Source of the DNA: Polyangia bacterium
GTDB taxonomy: Bacteria > Myxococcota_A > Polyangia > Palsa-1104 > JAEUJZ01
NCBI GenBank assembly: GCA_044228505.1
Contig: JBGAUT010000011.1
Location: forward strand, 9,094 to 73,093
DNA length: 64,000 bases
Direction of reading: 5' to 3'
Shown here: positions 1 through 8,715 of the stretch, one piece after another
Layout of the letters: every line of letters begins with the position of its first letter
Numbering within the stretch: the stretch's first letter is position 1
The notes under the pieces: generated by a model
Databases searched by the model: none
The model's input: the letters and a program-made list of their open reading frames with translations, nothing else
Told to the model about the DNA's origin: nothing
Position numbers and translations under genes: made by a program

Positions 1-524
1 AATTTGCCATGCACGCGCTCATCTATGCCGAGCGAAGCGATGTGCGAGCGGTGGTCCATGCCCATCCTCCTCTCACGGTGGCGCTGGCGCTGGCGGGGGT
101 ATCGCTCACCGACTGTGTGCTTAGCGAGACGTGCCTGCTGCTTGGACCCGTGCCAACTGCGCCCTACTCGACCCCGACCACCAGCGAAGTGCCCGATTCG
201 CTTCGGCCCTATGTGCGGTCGGCCAACGCGATCATCATGCACCGCCATGGTGCGCTGACGATGGGACGAACGATTGACGAGGCGTGGCAACGTATGGAAG
301 CGGTCGAGCACTCCGCCAAGATCATCCATGCTGCCCGGGCCCTCGGAGAGGTCAGACCGCTGCCGACCCCCGAAGCCACCAAGCTCGCGCAGCTCGCCAG
401 CCAGCTTGGCATTCCTCGCCCGCCTGAGCCGCCACCGCAAACCTGGCACGGCCCGAACCTCGATTCTTCCATGAGTGAGTCGGATCTCGTCGAAGCGGTG
501 CTGCGCAAGCTGCGCGGCGGCTAG
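1..524 (+). CDS. Class II aldolase/adducin-family protein (L-fuculose-phosphate-aldolase-like); 5' end lies outside the window
   Basis: The translation carries the HxH zinc motif (VVHAHPP) and a downstream His (IIMHRHGALTMG) typical of class II aldolases. The ORF runs off the 5' edge of the window. Confidence 0.55.
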   Translation, partial: FAMHALIYAERSDVRAVVHAHPPLTVALALAGVSLTDCVLSETCLLLGPVPTAPYSTPTTSEVPDSLRPYVRSANAIIMHRHGALTMGRTIDEAWQRMEAVEHSAKIIHAARALGEVRPLPTPEATKLAQLASQLGIPRPPEPPPQTWHGPNLDSSMSESDLVEAVLRKLRGG

Positions 525-533
525 CCGCTTCCG

Positions 534-3044
534 TTAGTGCCGAATCGGCTCGTCTTCCATTCGCATCAGCACGCTGTCTCCGTCATAAAACAGCGCCCAC
601 ACCGATGGCGGAATCAGTCGCAGCAGCTCGCTGAGTGGTCGTGGCAGCTCCGCAGTTCCCTCGGTCACCAGTCCACCGGCGACATCGAGCATCTCCCCAA
701 GCAGACTGCGCGGCTTTTCCGGCAAGAAAAATACCGCTGCATCGCGCTTCGCATGAAGTTCCGCCAGCTCACGCGCTCTGTGCACCGCATCGGCCAGTCC
801 GCCGAGCCGATCGACGAGTCGCCGCGCCGCCGCTTGACCACCGCTCCACACCCGACCTTCGGCCAGCGGCTCCAGCTCTTTTCGCGAAACGTGACGCCCA
901 CTCGACACGACCTCCAAAAATCGATCGTAGCCAGCCTGCAGCCGCTCCAGCAGCAGCGTCCGTTCTTCCTCGCTATAAGCGCGATACGGGCTCTCCATGT
1001 CCGAGTGGTTGCCGTGGACGTAACGGGCCCGTTCGACGCCAATCCTGCCCAGCAGCGCGCTCACGTCGACCTTGCCCCCAAAGATTCCGATCGAGCCGGT
1101 GATGGTCAGTGGATCCGCAAAGATCTCGCGACACGGAGCCGATAGGTAATAGCCACCCGAGGCCGCGATATCGCCAAACGAGCACACCACCGGCTTGCGC
1201 TGCCCGAGCTGCTTGACCTGACGGGACAGCACATCCGCAGCCAGCGCCGAACCACCGGGACTGTCGATACGCAGCACCACCGCCTCGATCTGTGGATTGT
1301 TCGAGGCTTCTTCGAGCGCCGCCGACAGCGTCTGCGCCCCCACGGTCTGAAAGTCAACATACGGTACGGTCAGCGAGGTTCCCTCGGTCAGGTCTCCCAC
1401 CACCTCGATCACAGCGACGCCATGGGGACGGCTGCTACGCGGACGCTCGGCCGATGGCAAAGACTCGACGCGCAGGTTGGACCCGAAGATCTCGCCAAGC
1501 CGCGCTTCGACCTGTTCTTGCGCAGCGATCGCATCGACGAGCCGCACCGTTTTGGCGGCCATCGGAATGTGCTGCCCGCGCTCGATCAGTTTTTCAACCT
1601 CCGCCACCGACAAGCGGCGCGACTCGGCGATCTCGGCCAAGACCCGCTGGAAAATGTCGTCGACGAGAGCTTGCCGCTGCTGACGGGTGGGCTCGCTCGG
1701 TCCATCACGGGTAAAGCTCTCCGGTGAGGCCTTGTAGTTCCCGATGCGAACCAGATCCGCCCGAATCCCCAGCCGGTCGAGCGCCTCGCGGTAGTGCGTC
1801 GTGGCTTGGGCAATGCCCGACAGCCGAACCAAGCCCGCCGGGTCGAGCAGGATCTCATCGGCGGCCGAGGCAATGTAGTATTCGCGAGTCCCCAGGTCCG
1901 CCGCGTAGGCAATCACCCGCTTGCCCGACTTTCGCAGCTCCAACAGCGCTTGTCGCAGCTCGAACGCCTTGCCCCACCCGCCGGAGACACCGTTTACGAC
2001 CACCAGTACGCCCTCGATGTGGCGGTCGGTCTTGAGCTCTCGCAAGGTGAGCAGCAGTCGCAGCAGCCCGCGTCCGCTCCATTCGCCGAGGTTGAGCCGC
2101 AGCACGGACTTCGGACCGGCCCACAGCGACGCATAACGCTCCGAGGAAACACGCAGCGCGACACTGCCACCGTGATAACGAACGGGATCTTGGCGACCGA
2201 GGCCGAAGAACTGGAACACCTGGCCTCCGACCCGCGCAAAGTCGAGCGATAGACCCACGCCGATGCGCCAGTCCACGGTGACCCCGCCATCTGGCACGAT
2301 GACGGAGCTGCCATCGATGCCCAGCCCAAGGCCTGCCGTGGGACGAACCCACAGCCGCAGGCGCGGACTGACCTCGGAATAGCCCTCGCCGACGCGCACG
2401 CCCAGGCCGATGTCCCAGCGTGAGTCCCCAAGCGGCTGTAGCAGCGTCTCGAACTCGTAACTCCGCGCAACTTCGGGCAAAGACGATGGGGCCGCCGGCT
2501 TCGGGGCGTTCAGATCGTGCAGCATCACTCCAAACGCCAGCCGCCGATTGGGACGCAAGTGGAGCCCAACGCCGACCGTATCAAGCCCTCCGTAGCTACG
2601 GGCCGAGCGGCTGGAAAACGAGTGTCCATACGACAGACCCACCGCTGCCCACCAAGTCGGAACGTACGCGACCGACAGCGTCAGCTTGCCGAGCATCGGC
2701 AGATCATCGTGGGGACGCAGTAGCTCCAGTCCCGCACCGACCTTGATCGCCCGCAGATACGGCAGCGGGGTTGCAAAATACAGGCCCGAGCCTCGACCCG
2801 CCCACGGAATCTCCGGCAGCAGCTCGCTGTGACGAAACCCGAAGGTGTATCCGCCCAGATCACGCAGCGAGGCCGGATTGACCGTCACCGCCCAAGGTTC
2901 CGCGCCATCGGAAACCCCGCTCCCCGCTGTCGTTACCGATTCGAGCGGCGAACGATTGAGTGGAACCTGTCCCTGTGCCGAGCCAAGCCAACAACAAACG
3001 ATCGCTGCGGAGCTTAGCCATCGCATCCCAGTCGGTGTCATCAC
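534..3044 (-). CDS. sppA: Signal peptide peptidase SppA (protease IV, 67K tandem type) with a long N-terminal beta-rich extension
   Basis: Two ClpP/crotonase-like SppA domains are present; the catalytic Ser region reads SPGGSALAAD...SFGDIAASGGYY...TGSIGIFGG. An N-terminal signal peptide and ~250 aa of Gly/Arg-rich sequence precede them. Confidence 0.8.
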   Translation of the reverse strand: MMTPTGMRWLSSAAIVCCWLGSAQGQVPLNRSPLESVTTAGSGVSDGAEPWAVTVNPASLRDLGGYTFGFRHSELLPEIPWAGRGSGLYFATPLPYLRAIKVGAGLELLRPHDDLPMLGKLTLSVAYVPTWWAAVGLSYGHSFSSRSARSYGGLDTVGVGLHLRPNRRLAFGVMLHDLNAPKPAAPSSLPEVARSYEFETLLQPLGDSRWDIGLGVRVGEGYSEVSPRLRLWVRPTAGLGLGIDGSSVIVPDGGVTVDWRIGVGLSLDFARVGGQVFQFFGLGRQDPVRYHGGSVALRVSSERYASLWAGPKSVLRLNLGEWSGRGLLRLLLTLRELKTDRHIEGVLVVVNGVSGGWGKAFELRQALLELRKSGKRVIAYAADLGTREYYIASAADEILLDPAGLVRLSGIAQATTHYREALDRLGIRADLVRIGNYKASPESFTRDGPSEPTRQQRQALVDDIFQRVLAEIAESRRLSVAEVEKLIERGQHIPMAAKTVRLVDAIAAQEQVEARLGEIFGSNLRVESLPSAERPRSSRPHGVAVIEVVGDLTEGTSLTVPYVDFQTVGAQTLSAALEEASNNPQIEAVVLRIDSPGGSALAADVLSRQVKQLGQRKPVVCSFGDIAASGGYYLSAPCREIFADPLTITGSIGIFGGKVDVSALLGRIGVERARYVHGNHSDMESPYRAYSEEERTLLLERLQAGYDRFLEVVSSGRHVSRKELEPLAEGRVWSGGQAAARRLVDRLGGLADAVHRARELAELHAKRDAAVFFLPEKPRSLLGEMLDVAGGLVTEGTAELPRPLSELLRLIPPSVWALFYDGDSVLMRMEDEPIRH

Positions 3045-3052
3045 TATCCTTC

Positions 3053-4303
3053 TTACTGCGAGCTGGGGGGCTTCTGCCGCAGCGTCACGAGCTGCTGGGT
3101 GTCATGTTCGTAATCGAGGGTCACCGTCTCGGGCAGGTAGCCGGGCAAGCGAACGATCACCGCCAGCTTGCCGAGGTCGCGCTTGGGAACATGACGGTAC
3201 GGGGTGGTGCCAATGACATCGCCCGCGGTGTTGACGATCTCGGCACCTTGAGGCGTGCTATCGATGCGCCAGCTCACGGTGCCGCCCTGGCCACGCCCCA
3301 AGTAGTACAGCGTCCCGCCCAAAAGAAGCACCGCCAGCAGCATCAGGCCTGCCCACAGCGGACTCTTGCGGGTGCTCGCCAGCGGCGGCATCGACATTCC
3401 GGCAGAGGGATCGGACTCGGTCAGCTCGATGGCCTGAAGCTGCGTCGAGACTTCGCGCATGGAGGGACGCTCGCTGCCGGACTTGGCGAGCATGCGCAGC
3501 ACCAGCGCCTCTAAGTCGGGACGAACGTCGGCACGGAGCAGGGTCAGCGGCGGCGGTAGCTCGCTGATGTGCTTGTGCATGACGCTCACCATCTCTGGGG
3601 CGACAAACGGCGCTTGGCCACACAGCGACTCGTACAGCAAGATACCGAGTCCGTAGACATCGGTCTTTTCGTCGACGACGGCGCGTCCACTTTCCAGACA
3701 CTGCTCGGGGGCCATGTAGATCGCAGTACCAAGCAGCGACGCAAACGGGCTGGTCTTGATCTGGGTGTTCGACTGCGAGATCGACAGCGAGGCATCCTCG
3801 GCCACGACGGCAATGCCAAAGTCGAGCACCTTGGCACGCTCCCCACCGGTCACCGCGTCATCGCGGACGAGCATGATGTTTTCGGGCTTGATGTCGCGAT
3901 GGATGATCTTCTTGCTATGGGCGGCAGCCAGGGCGTCCGCAATCTGCCGGGCAAAGCGGATGACCTGTAGCTCCGGCAGTCCGCCTCGGGCTTTGCGCAA
4001 ACGCTGCCGAAGCGACTGACCATCCAGAAACTCCATCACCAGATACGGGGTGCCATCGGTCAGCACATCACTTTCGAAGACGTGGGTGATGCCGGGATGA
4101 CGGGTCAGGTTCGCGGCCATCGGCTCTTGCCGGAAGCGGGCGACGATCTGGGGATCTTTGGCGTACTCGGGGTGGAGCACTTTGATGGCGACGCGATTTT
4201 TGACGCGCTCGTGTTCGGCCTCGTAGACGGTCCCCATGCCGCCGCGCCCGATCTCACGGACCAGGCGGTAGTTCCCGATTTTTGTCAGTTTGCGGCGCGC
4301 CAT
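3053..4303 (-). CDS. Eukaryotic-like Ser/Thr protein kinase with a C-terminal TM segment and PEGA domain
   Basis: A Gly-rich loop (GRGGMGTVY), a VAIK lysine, an HRDIKPEN catalytic loop and a DFG motif are all present. A hydrophobic segment and a PEGA-like fold (TPQGAEIV...LPGY) follow. Confidence 0.85.
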   Translation of the reverse strand: MARRKLTKIGNYRLVREIGRGGMGTVYEAEHERVKNRVAIKVLHPEYAKDPQIVARFRQEPMAANLTRHPGITHVFESDVLTDGTPYLVMEFLDGQSLRQRLRKARGGLPELQVIRFARQIADALAAAHSKKIIHRDIKPENIMLVRDDAVTGGERAKVLDFGIAVVAEDASLSISQSNTQIKTSPFASLLGTAIYMAPEQCLESGRAVVDEKTDVYGLGILLYESLCGQAPFVAPEMVSVMHKHISELPPPLTLLRADVRPDLEALVLRMLAKSGSERPSMREVSTQLQAIELTESDPSAGMSMPPLASTRKSPLWAGLMLLAVLLLGGTLYYLGRGQGGTVSWRIDSTPQGAEIVNTAGDVIGTTPYRHVPKRDLGKLAVIVRLPGYLPETVTLDYEHDTQQLVTLRQKPPSSQ

Positions 4304-4432
4304 GACAAGCCGAGCGAAGCTCTTGTGGCCATACTAGCCGACTTCGGGGCGTTGTTCGTTGCCGAGAGTGAGCTTGGGACAGATGCCCTCGGCGTGAGGG
4401 CTGCCGTGTCCTGCGACCGAGGCCACGTCGCG

Positions 4433-5404
4433 CTAGACGGTGCCTTCGCCGCCTTTGAGGTCGATTCGCTCGCAGGCCAGGTCGAGCTTGACCTTTTGGA
4501 GCTGGAGCTGCTTCGAGTCGTGCTTGACGGGGCCAAGGCCCAGAATCGTCACCCCGAACAGATCGAGGGTGAGCAGCGGCTTGCTCTGAAGCTGCCCCGA
4601 TCCCACCGCGTCGCGGGGCAGAAACCAAATGTGCCCGGTGTGCTGCTGCGAAAGGACGTGCTTGCCCTCGCGAACCAGTGCATCCCACCACTTCATCCAC
4701 GGACCAGCGTCGCGCTGCAGGATGGTGACGGCCAGGTTTGGAAACTCGACGCGGCCTGGTTCCTTGTTGTTTTCCAGGAACTTACCGATCGGGTTTTCGA
4801 TGATCTCTTGCTTGATCGTAAAGCCATCGATCTTGCAAGTCTCCGCTGGGTCTTTGCTGATGCCGTCGACCTTGAAGGTGAACATCGACGGCAGCCACAT
4901 CCGCTGACGTTCCCACTCGTCTTTGTACTGCTGCTCGCCGGGATACTGGTTCGACCCCGACTGCTCTTCCTTCAGGCTCTCGACGGCAAACTTCACCGTC
5001 AGATAGGCTGGCTCTTTCGCTGCGCCGTCGAGCGTCGGAAAGGTCACTTCCCGAATCAGCGCGTTGGAAAACCGCCGTCGCCAGCGCTCGCGGTTGTCGA
5101 AGTCGAGCGCGACCAGCGATCCGTCGACGCGCTGCGCATCGTAGCTGAAGCTCTTGGCGAGCCAGCGCCAGAAGCGCGGTGCCATCGTCATACCGACCTG
5201 GATGGTCACGTCCTCGAACTTGGGACGCCCCGGGTACTTGATGACGGCCCCATTGCCGCCGACCTTCTCTTCGAGCGGCTCGGACTTGAAGGTGCCGCCC
5301 TCGATCGTCTGAAGAGTTCCCATGTACTGGCTCGACCCAGAGTCATCGAGTTCGAGCACAAAACGGCTAGAGATATAGGGCCGGGTCCTGGTTTGCGCCG
5401 CCAT
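4433..5404 (-). CDS. Tandem-duplicated phage tail tube (T4 gp19 / Afp1 / Pvc1-like) domain protein
   Basis: Two consecutive halves each match the gp19/Afp1 pattern. Half one: FVLELDD...TIEGG...KYPGRPKFEDVTIQVG...FWRW. Half two: FTFKVDG...IDGFTIKQEIIE...KEPGRVEFPNLAVTI...WMKWW. No sheath or baseplate genes are nearby. Confidence 0.55.
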   Translation of the reverse strand: MAAQTRTRPYISSRFVLELDDSGSSQYMGTLQTIEGGTFKSEPLEEKVGGNGAVIKYPGRPKFEDVTIQVGMTMAPRFWRWLAKSFSYDAQRVDGSLVALDFDNRERWRRRFSNALIREVTFPTLDGAAKEPAYLTVKFAVESLKEEQSGSNQYPGEQQYKDEWERQRMWLPSMFTFKVDGISKDPAETCKIDGFTIKQEIIENPIGKFLENNKEPGRVEFPNLAVTILQRDAGPWMKWWDALVREGKHVLSQQHTGHIWFLPRDAVGSGQLQSKPLLTLDLFGVTILGLGPVKHDSKQLQLQKVKLDLACERIDLKGGEGTV

Positions 5405-5654
5405 CTTCTATTTGCCTCGTTTGCAGCGTATCACGCCTGCGCCGTCTCCCGAAGGGGTGCGCCACACCGCAGCGCAGCTCCCCGAAGAACTCGGTTGCAG
5501 GCAAAGTTAGCCACTGTCTTGCCCAAAGTTATCGACCCTCGGGCATATGCAGTTGCGCGTCCGGCGAGTCAGCCCCCGAAGAGCCGGACAAACCGCTACT
5601 GTTGAGTCCGTGAAATGAGCTTGATTAGGCACCACATATGGTAGGCTGCGCGAC

Positions 5655-6857
5655 ATGTCGGCCAAGCACCTGTCCGTGCTCTTGTTCGTCGCCGCTTCAG
5701 CCTTGCCGGGTCGGGCCTCGGCGCTTATGTGCAGTACACTCCCCGAGCCTACCTATTTGACAGCGACTCCCTCGGCAGAGCCGCTGGTCCAGAAGGTAGC
5801 AAGCCTCCTTCAGCGCACTGACACCCAGCGCACGACCGTCATCTACCAGATACGGCCAAGCTGCAAAGGCCTGGAGGTGATGGTAAAGGACAACCTGCCC
5901 GCAAGCTGTGCGACCGAGGCCTGCATGCGGGGCAAAGCGCTGTTCTACACGCTCGATCCCCGCGATACCGATCCCAAAGAGTGCGATCTCGACGCGGCGG
6001 GCAACAAGACCGACTTGGTGCTGTCCGATGTCTTTCCGCAGACCTGCCCGGCGTACTCGTCGAGCGCTCCTGCAGGAATTCTCGACACACCGGGGCCGGT
6101 TTCGGCGTACTCGCTGACCATGATGCGATCGGCGACGGAACCCGCCATCCAAGCCGAGGAAGCCCACTTTGTATACGGAGCGGGCAAGGCGGCCAACATC
6201 AGGCCGTGGCTGTCCGATGCCGCGATTGTTCACTTGGGCACCCAAGATGCCGGGTCGCTTTTGCTCGGTACCCGGGTCCGACTGGCGCCGGCGCGCTTCA
6301 AGGGAACGGTCGTCGTCACGGTCGATGATCTCATCAATACGCTGTACACCGACAGCGAGCACGGCATCGGAATCCTACCGACTGCGGTTGCCGATCGCCG
6401 CCGCTCCGAGCTTCGTCCGCTCGGGTTCCAGTCGATCGGTCAAAAGGGCGCGTTCTTCCCCGATCGCCGCTCGACCACCTACGACAAGCAGAGCGTTCGG
6501 GACGGACACTATCCGCTGTGGGGATTTTTGCACACCGTCCTGCGGCAAGACCCCGGCAACCCGAGCCAGCCGCTGTCGAAAAAAGGGGCTCGCCTCGCGG
6601 ACATCTTCCTAGGCAAAACCACGGTCGGCGGCCAGGACGCGCTGCTACTCCAGGTTCAAAACGGCTTTGTCCCGATGTGTGCGATGAAGGTGACTCGCAC
6701 GACCGACTCGCAGCCGCTCACCCTGTTTGCGCCCGGCGAACCCTGTCACTGCTTCTTCGAGCACAACGTCAGCCAAGGCAACCTAACGTGTCAGCAGTGC
6801 CCCACCGGAACGTGTGGAACGGGGATCTGTCGACGCAAGTATTGTGAGGCTCAGTGA
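5655..6857 (+). CDS. Hypothetical secreted protein with a C-terminal Cys-rich tail
   Basis: An N-terminal signal peptide (LLFVAASALPGRASA) is present. The ORF is long and uninterrupted with host-like GC3. I recognise no family. Confidence 0.5.
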   Translation: MSAKHLSVLLFVAASALPGRASALMCSTLPEPTYLTATPSAEPLVQKVASLLQRTDTQRTTVIYQIRPSCKGLEVMVKDNLPASCATEACMRGKALFYTLDPRDTDPKECDLDAAGNKTDLVLSDVFPQTCPAYSSSAPAGILDTPGPVSAYSLTMMRSATEPAIQAEEAHFVYGAGKAANIRPWLSDAAIVHLGTQDAGSLLLGTRVRLAPARFKGTVVVTVDDLINTLYTDSEHGIGILPTAVADRRRSELRPLGFQSIGQKGAFFPDRRSTTYDKQSVRDGHYPLWGFLHTVLRQDPGNPSQPLSKKGARLADIFLGKTTVGGQDALLLQVQNGFVPMCAMKVTRTTDSQPLTLFAPGEPCHCFFEHNVSQGNLTCQQCPTGTCGTGICRRKYCEAQ

Positions 6858-7168
6858 TGCCCAAGCAGACCGAAACGCTGTTCTCGCTCCGACTCGGAGG
6901 TGGGCTTCTCATCGCGGCGCTCGGGCTGTTTTCGAGTCAGCTCCGCTGCGCCGGTGCCGACAACTACTTCACCGATGACGCCGATCCGTCCGTGGTTGGC
7001 GATGGCGGAGTCAAAGGTGACATGGCCGAGGGCCCGTGCTTTATGGGCATCCCGCAGACCGAGGCGCAGATCCTAAACCGCTGTAGCGATGCCGAGCGGG
7101 TCGAGCGCGGCACCCACATTCCGCCGACCACCTGGGACGGCAGCTACCCGCTCCCCTACGAAAAGTAA
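6854..7168 (+). CDS. Small hypothetical protein with an N-terminal hydrophobic segment
   Basis: Its start overlaps the stop of the upstream gene (GTGATG), consistent with translational coupling. No recognisable domain. Confidence 0.3.
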   Translation: MMPKQTETLFSLRLGGGLLIAALGLFSSQLRCAGADNYFTDDADPSVVGDGGVKGDMAEGPCFMGIPQTEAQILNRCSDAERVERGTHIPPTTWDGSYPLPYEK

Positions 7169-7194
7169 CCCCCCGCCCCGCGATCTTCCCGCAG

Positions 7195-8109
7195 CTACCG
7201 CTGTCCAAAGGGCAGTGCCGGAATGCTGCGCAGGTAATTCCACAGCGCCTGCTTTTCGATGTCATCGAGCTTGGCGAGCGCATCGACCGGCATAAACGGA
7301 TTGAGCGGCTGACCGTTCTTGCGCACGCCGGTCTTTAGCAGCTTCTCGAAGTCCGAATAGGTCCAGTCCTTCATTCCACTGTCATGAGCCGTGATGTTGA
7401 GCGGAATCGGCAGCGAGGGCGGCGCACCCGGAATCGGACCGCCACTCAGTCGCTCGCCATGACAGCCGGTACACAGTCGGGCCAGAAGCGCCCCATACTC
7501 TACGGTCGGTGCCGGTGCGGGAACGGCTTCGGCTTTGGCCGTGTGAAGCCGCCGGGCCACGTCCCACACGAGCTGATTGCGGCGATCGAGGATCTTGGCG
7601 AGCGGCTTGACCACCATCGCGCCACTCGGCCTGGATACCGCACCGACCGTGCGCAGATACGAAACCATCGCCACCACATCGCTATCCGGCAGCCAGCCAA
7701 AGTCCTGCACCGGCATCATCCGCACCCCGCGACCGTCGCGCTTGACCCCTCGTTTGAGCAGCCGGACCAGCTCTCCATCGCTGTACGCCGCACCGACTCC
7801 TGCCGAGGTGATGTTCGGGCCCCAGATCGTCCCGAGCGGACCCAGCTCAATCGGCTTGCCTCCCCCCAAATCAGTCCCATGACAGTCGCGGGTGGCGCAG
7901 GCCCCAATCGACTCGACCAGATGCTTGCCGCGAGCCATCACCACCGGGTCCGTCGACCGAGTCACAGCGGGGATCGGCACCTGATAGACGTGCTCTAGGC
8001 TGGCATCAAAGTCCGCGACCAGCCGAAAGCCATACACGCCGGTCCCGAGCAAGCCCAAGCCGATTGCCGCAGCCACACCGACCAGAATCTTCTTGCCGAG
8101 CGTCCCCAT
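7195..8109 (-). CDS. Membrane-anchored c-type cytochrome (two cytochrome-c-like domains)
   Basis: One canonical CXXCH (CTGCHG) plus a CX4CH-type site (CATRDCH). There is an N-terminal TM helix. A GGGGGA Shine-Dalgarno sits 8 nt upstream of the ATG at 8109; the ORF track extends to 8208. Confidence 0.6.
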   Translation of the reverse strand: MGTLGKKILVGVAAAIGLGLLGTGVYGFRLVADFDASLEHVYQVPIPAVTRSTDPVVMARGKHLVESIGACATRDCHGTDLGGGKPIELGPLGTIWGPNITSAGVGAAYSDGELVRLLKRGVKRDGRGVRMMPVQDFGWLPDSDVVAMVSYLRTVGAVSRPSGAMVVKPLAKILDRRNQLVWDVARRLHTAKAEAVPAPAPTVEYGALLARLCTGCHGERLSGGPIPGAPPSLPIPLNITAHDSGMKDWTYSDFEKLLKTGVRKNGQPLNPFMPVDALAKLDDIEKQALWNYLRSIPALPFGQR

Positions 8110-8344
8110 CTCCGAGTCCCCCCATCGCGCCAAACACGCAAAGTCCCCGAGAGACCCCATTGTAAGGGATTTCGCCTCTGGCCTTCCGATCCTCCAAATC
8201 CCGTGCAATGTTCCGCCGATGCGTCGACCGCGCTCGCCCCTCCTGGTAGTGCTGGGATTGCTGTGTGGCCTGTGCGGGAGGGGCTCCTACGAGGTGGCGT
8301 TTTTTGTAAAACCCTGCGGGAGCGGCGCGCTCGGGTTGTTTGCA

Positions 8345-8595
8345 TTTTTCTAACGGGTGCGTAAACGCCCCGGCAGCGTTGGAACTTTTCTAAAGTTGCC
8401 GGAGCGCCGCTACGACCCCGTTGGAACTTTGCAAAAGCTGCCGGAGCGCCGCTACGACTCCGTTGGAACTTTTCTAAAGCGCTCAGGGAGTCCCCGGCCG
8501 CGCTGGAACTTTTCAAACGGGTCGGTCGCGCCGCTACGGCATCGTTTGCACTTTGCAAACGGGTCGGTCGCGCCGCTACGGCATCGTTTGCACAC
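8345..8595. repeat. Array of ~5 degenerate direct repeats of 41-42 bp with an embedded 8-3-8 palindrome
   Basis: cgttggaacttt[tc/gc]taaag..gccggagcgccgctacgac occurs at 8377, 8419 and partially at 8461. The variant tttgcaaacgggtcggtcgcgccgctacggcatcgtttgcac occurs at 8511 and 8552. The palindrome CGTTTGCA-CTT-TGCAAACG is at 8541-8559. The array lies in the divergent intergenic region between the cytochrome c gene and the cyclase gene. Confidence 0.7.
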
Positions 8596-8715
8596 CACAG
8601 ATCCGGTGCGCGGGGAGGTTTGGGGGAGTGAATAGACTATAATCAGTGCGGGCACGGCTTCGAGGCTCCGCTCCACGCGGTGCGGGGTTTGGTCAGTCAA
8701 TAGGGGGGATGCTTG

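Noticed and set aside
1794-2470. Several 150-165 aa ORFs nested in and antisense to sppA
   Set aside because: They are overlapping shadow frames inside a well-supported sppA coding region.
4082-5605. 507-aa ORF on the plus strand
   Set aside because: It lies antisense to the kinase and tail-tube genes. It is Ala/Arg/Gly-rich, the typical GC-rich shadow frame, and has no motifs.
8430-8445. TGGAAC-N-TTGCA elements in the repeats as sigma-54 promoters
   Set aside because: The GG-to-GC spacing is about 8 nt rather than the 12 nt of the -24/-12 consensus (TGGCACG-N4-TTGCW).
7995-8558. 187-aa minus-strand ORF and 92-aa and 103-aa ORFs running through the tandem repeats
   Set aside because: They read through the 41-bp repeat array and the start of the cytochrome gene. 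The repetitive peptide comes from the DNA repeats, and there is no RBS or domain. I treat the region as non-coding regulatory repeats.
8345-8595. Possibility that the repeats are a CRISPR array
   Set aside because: The units are contiguous and degenerate with no unique spacers between them, there are only about 5 copies, and there are no cas genes in the window.
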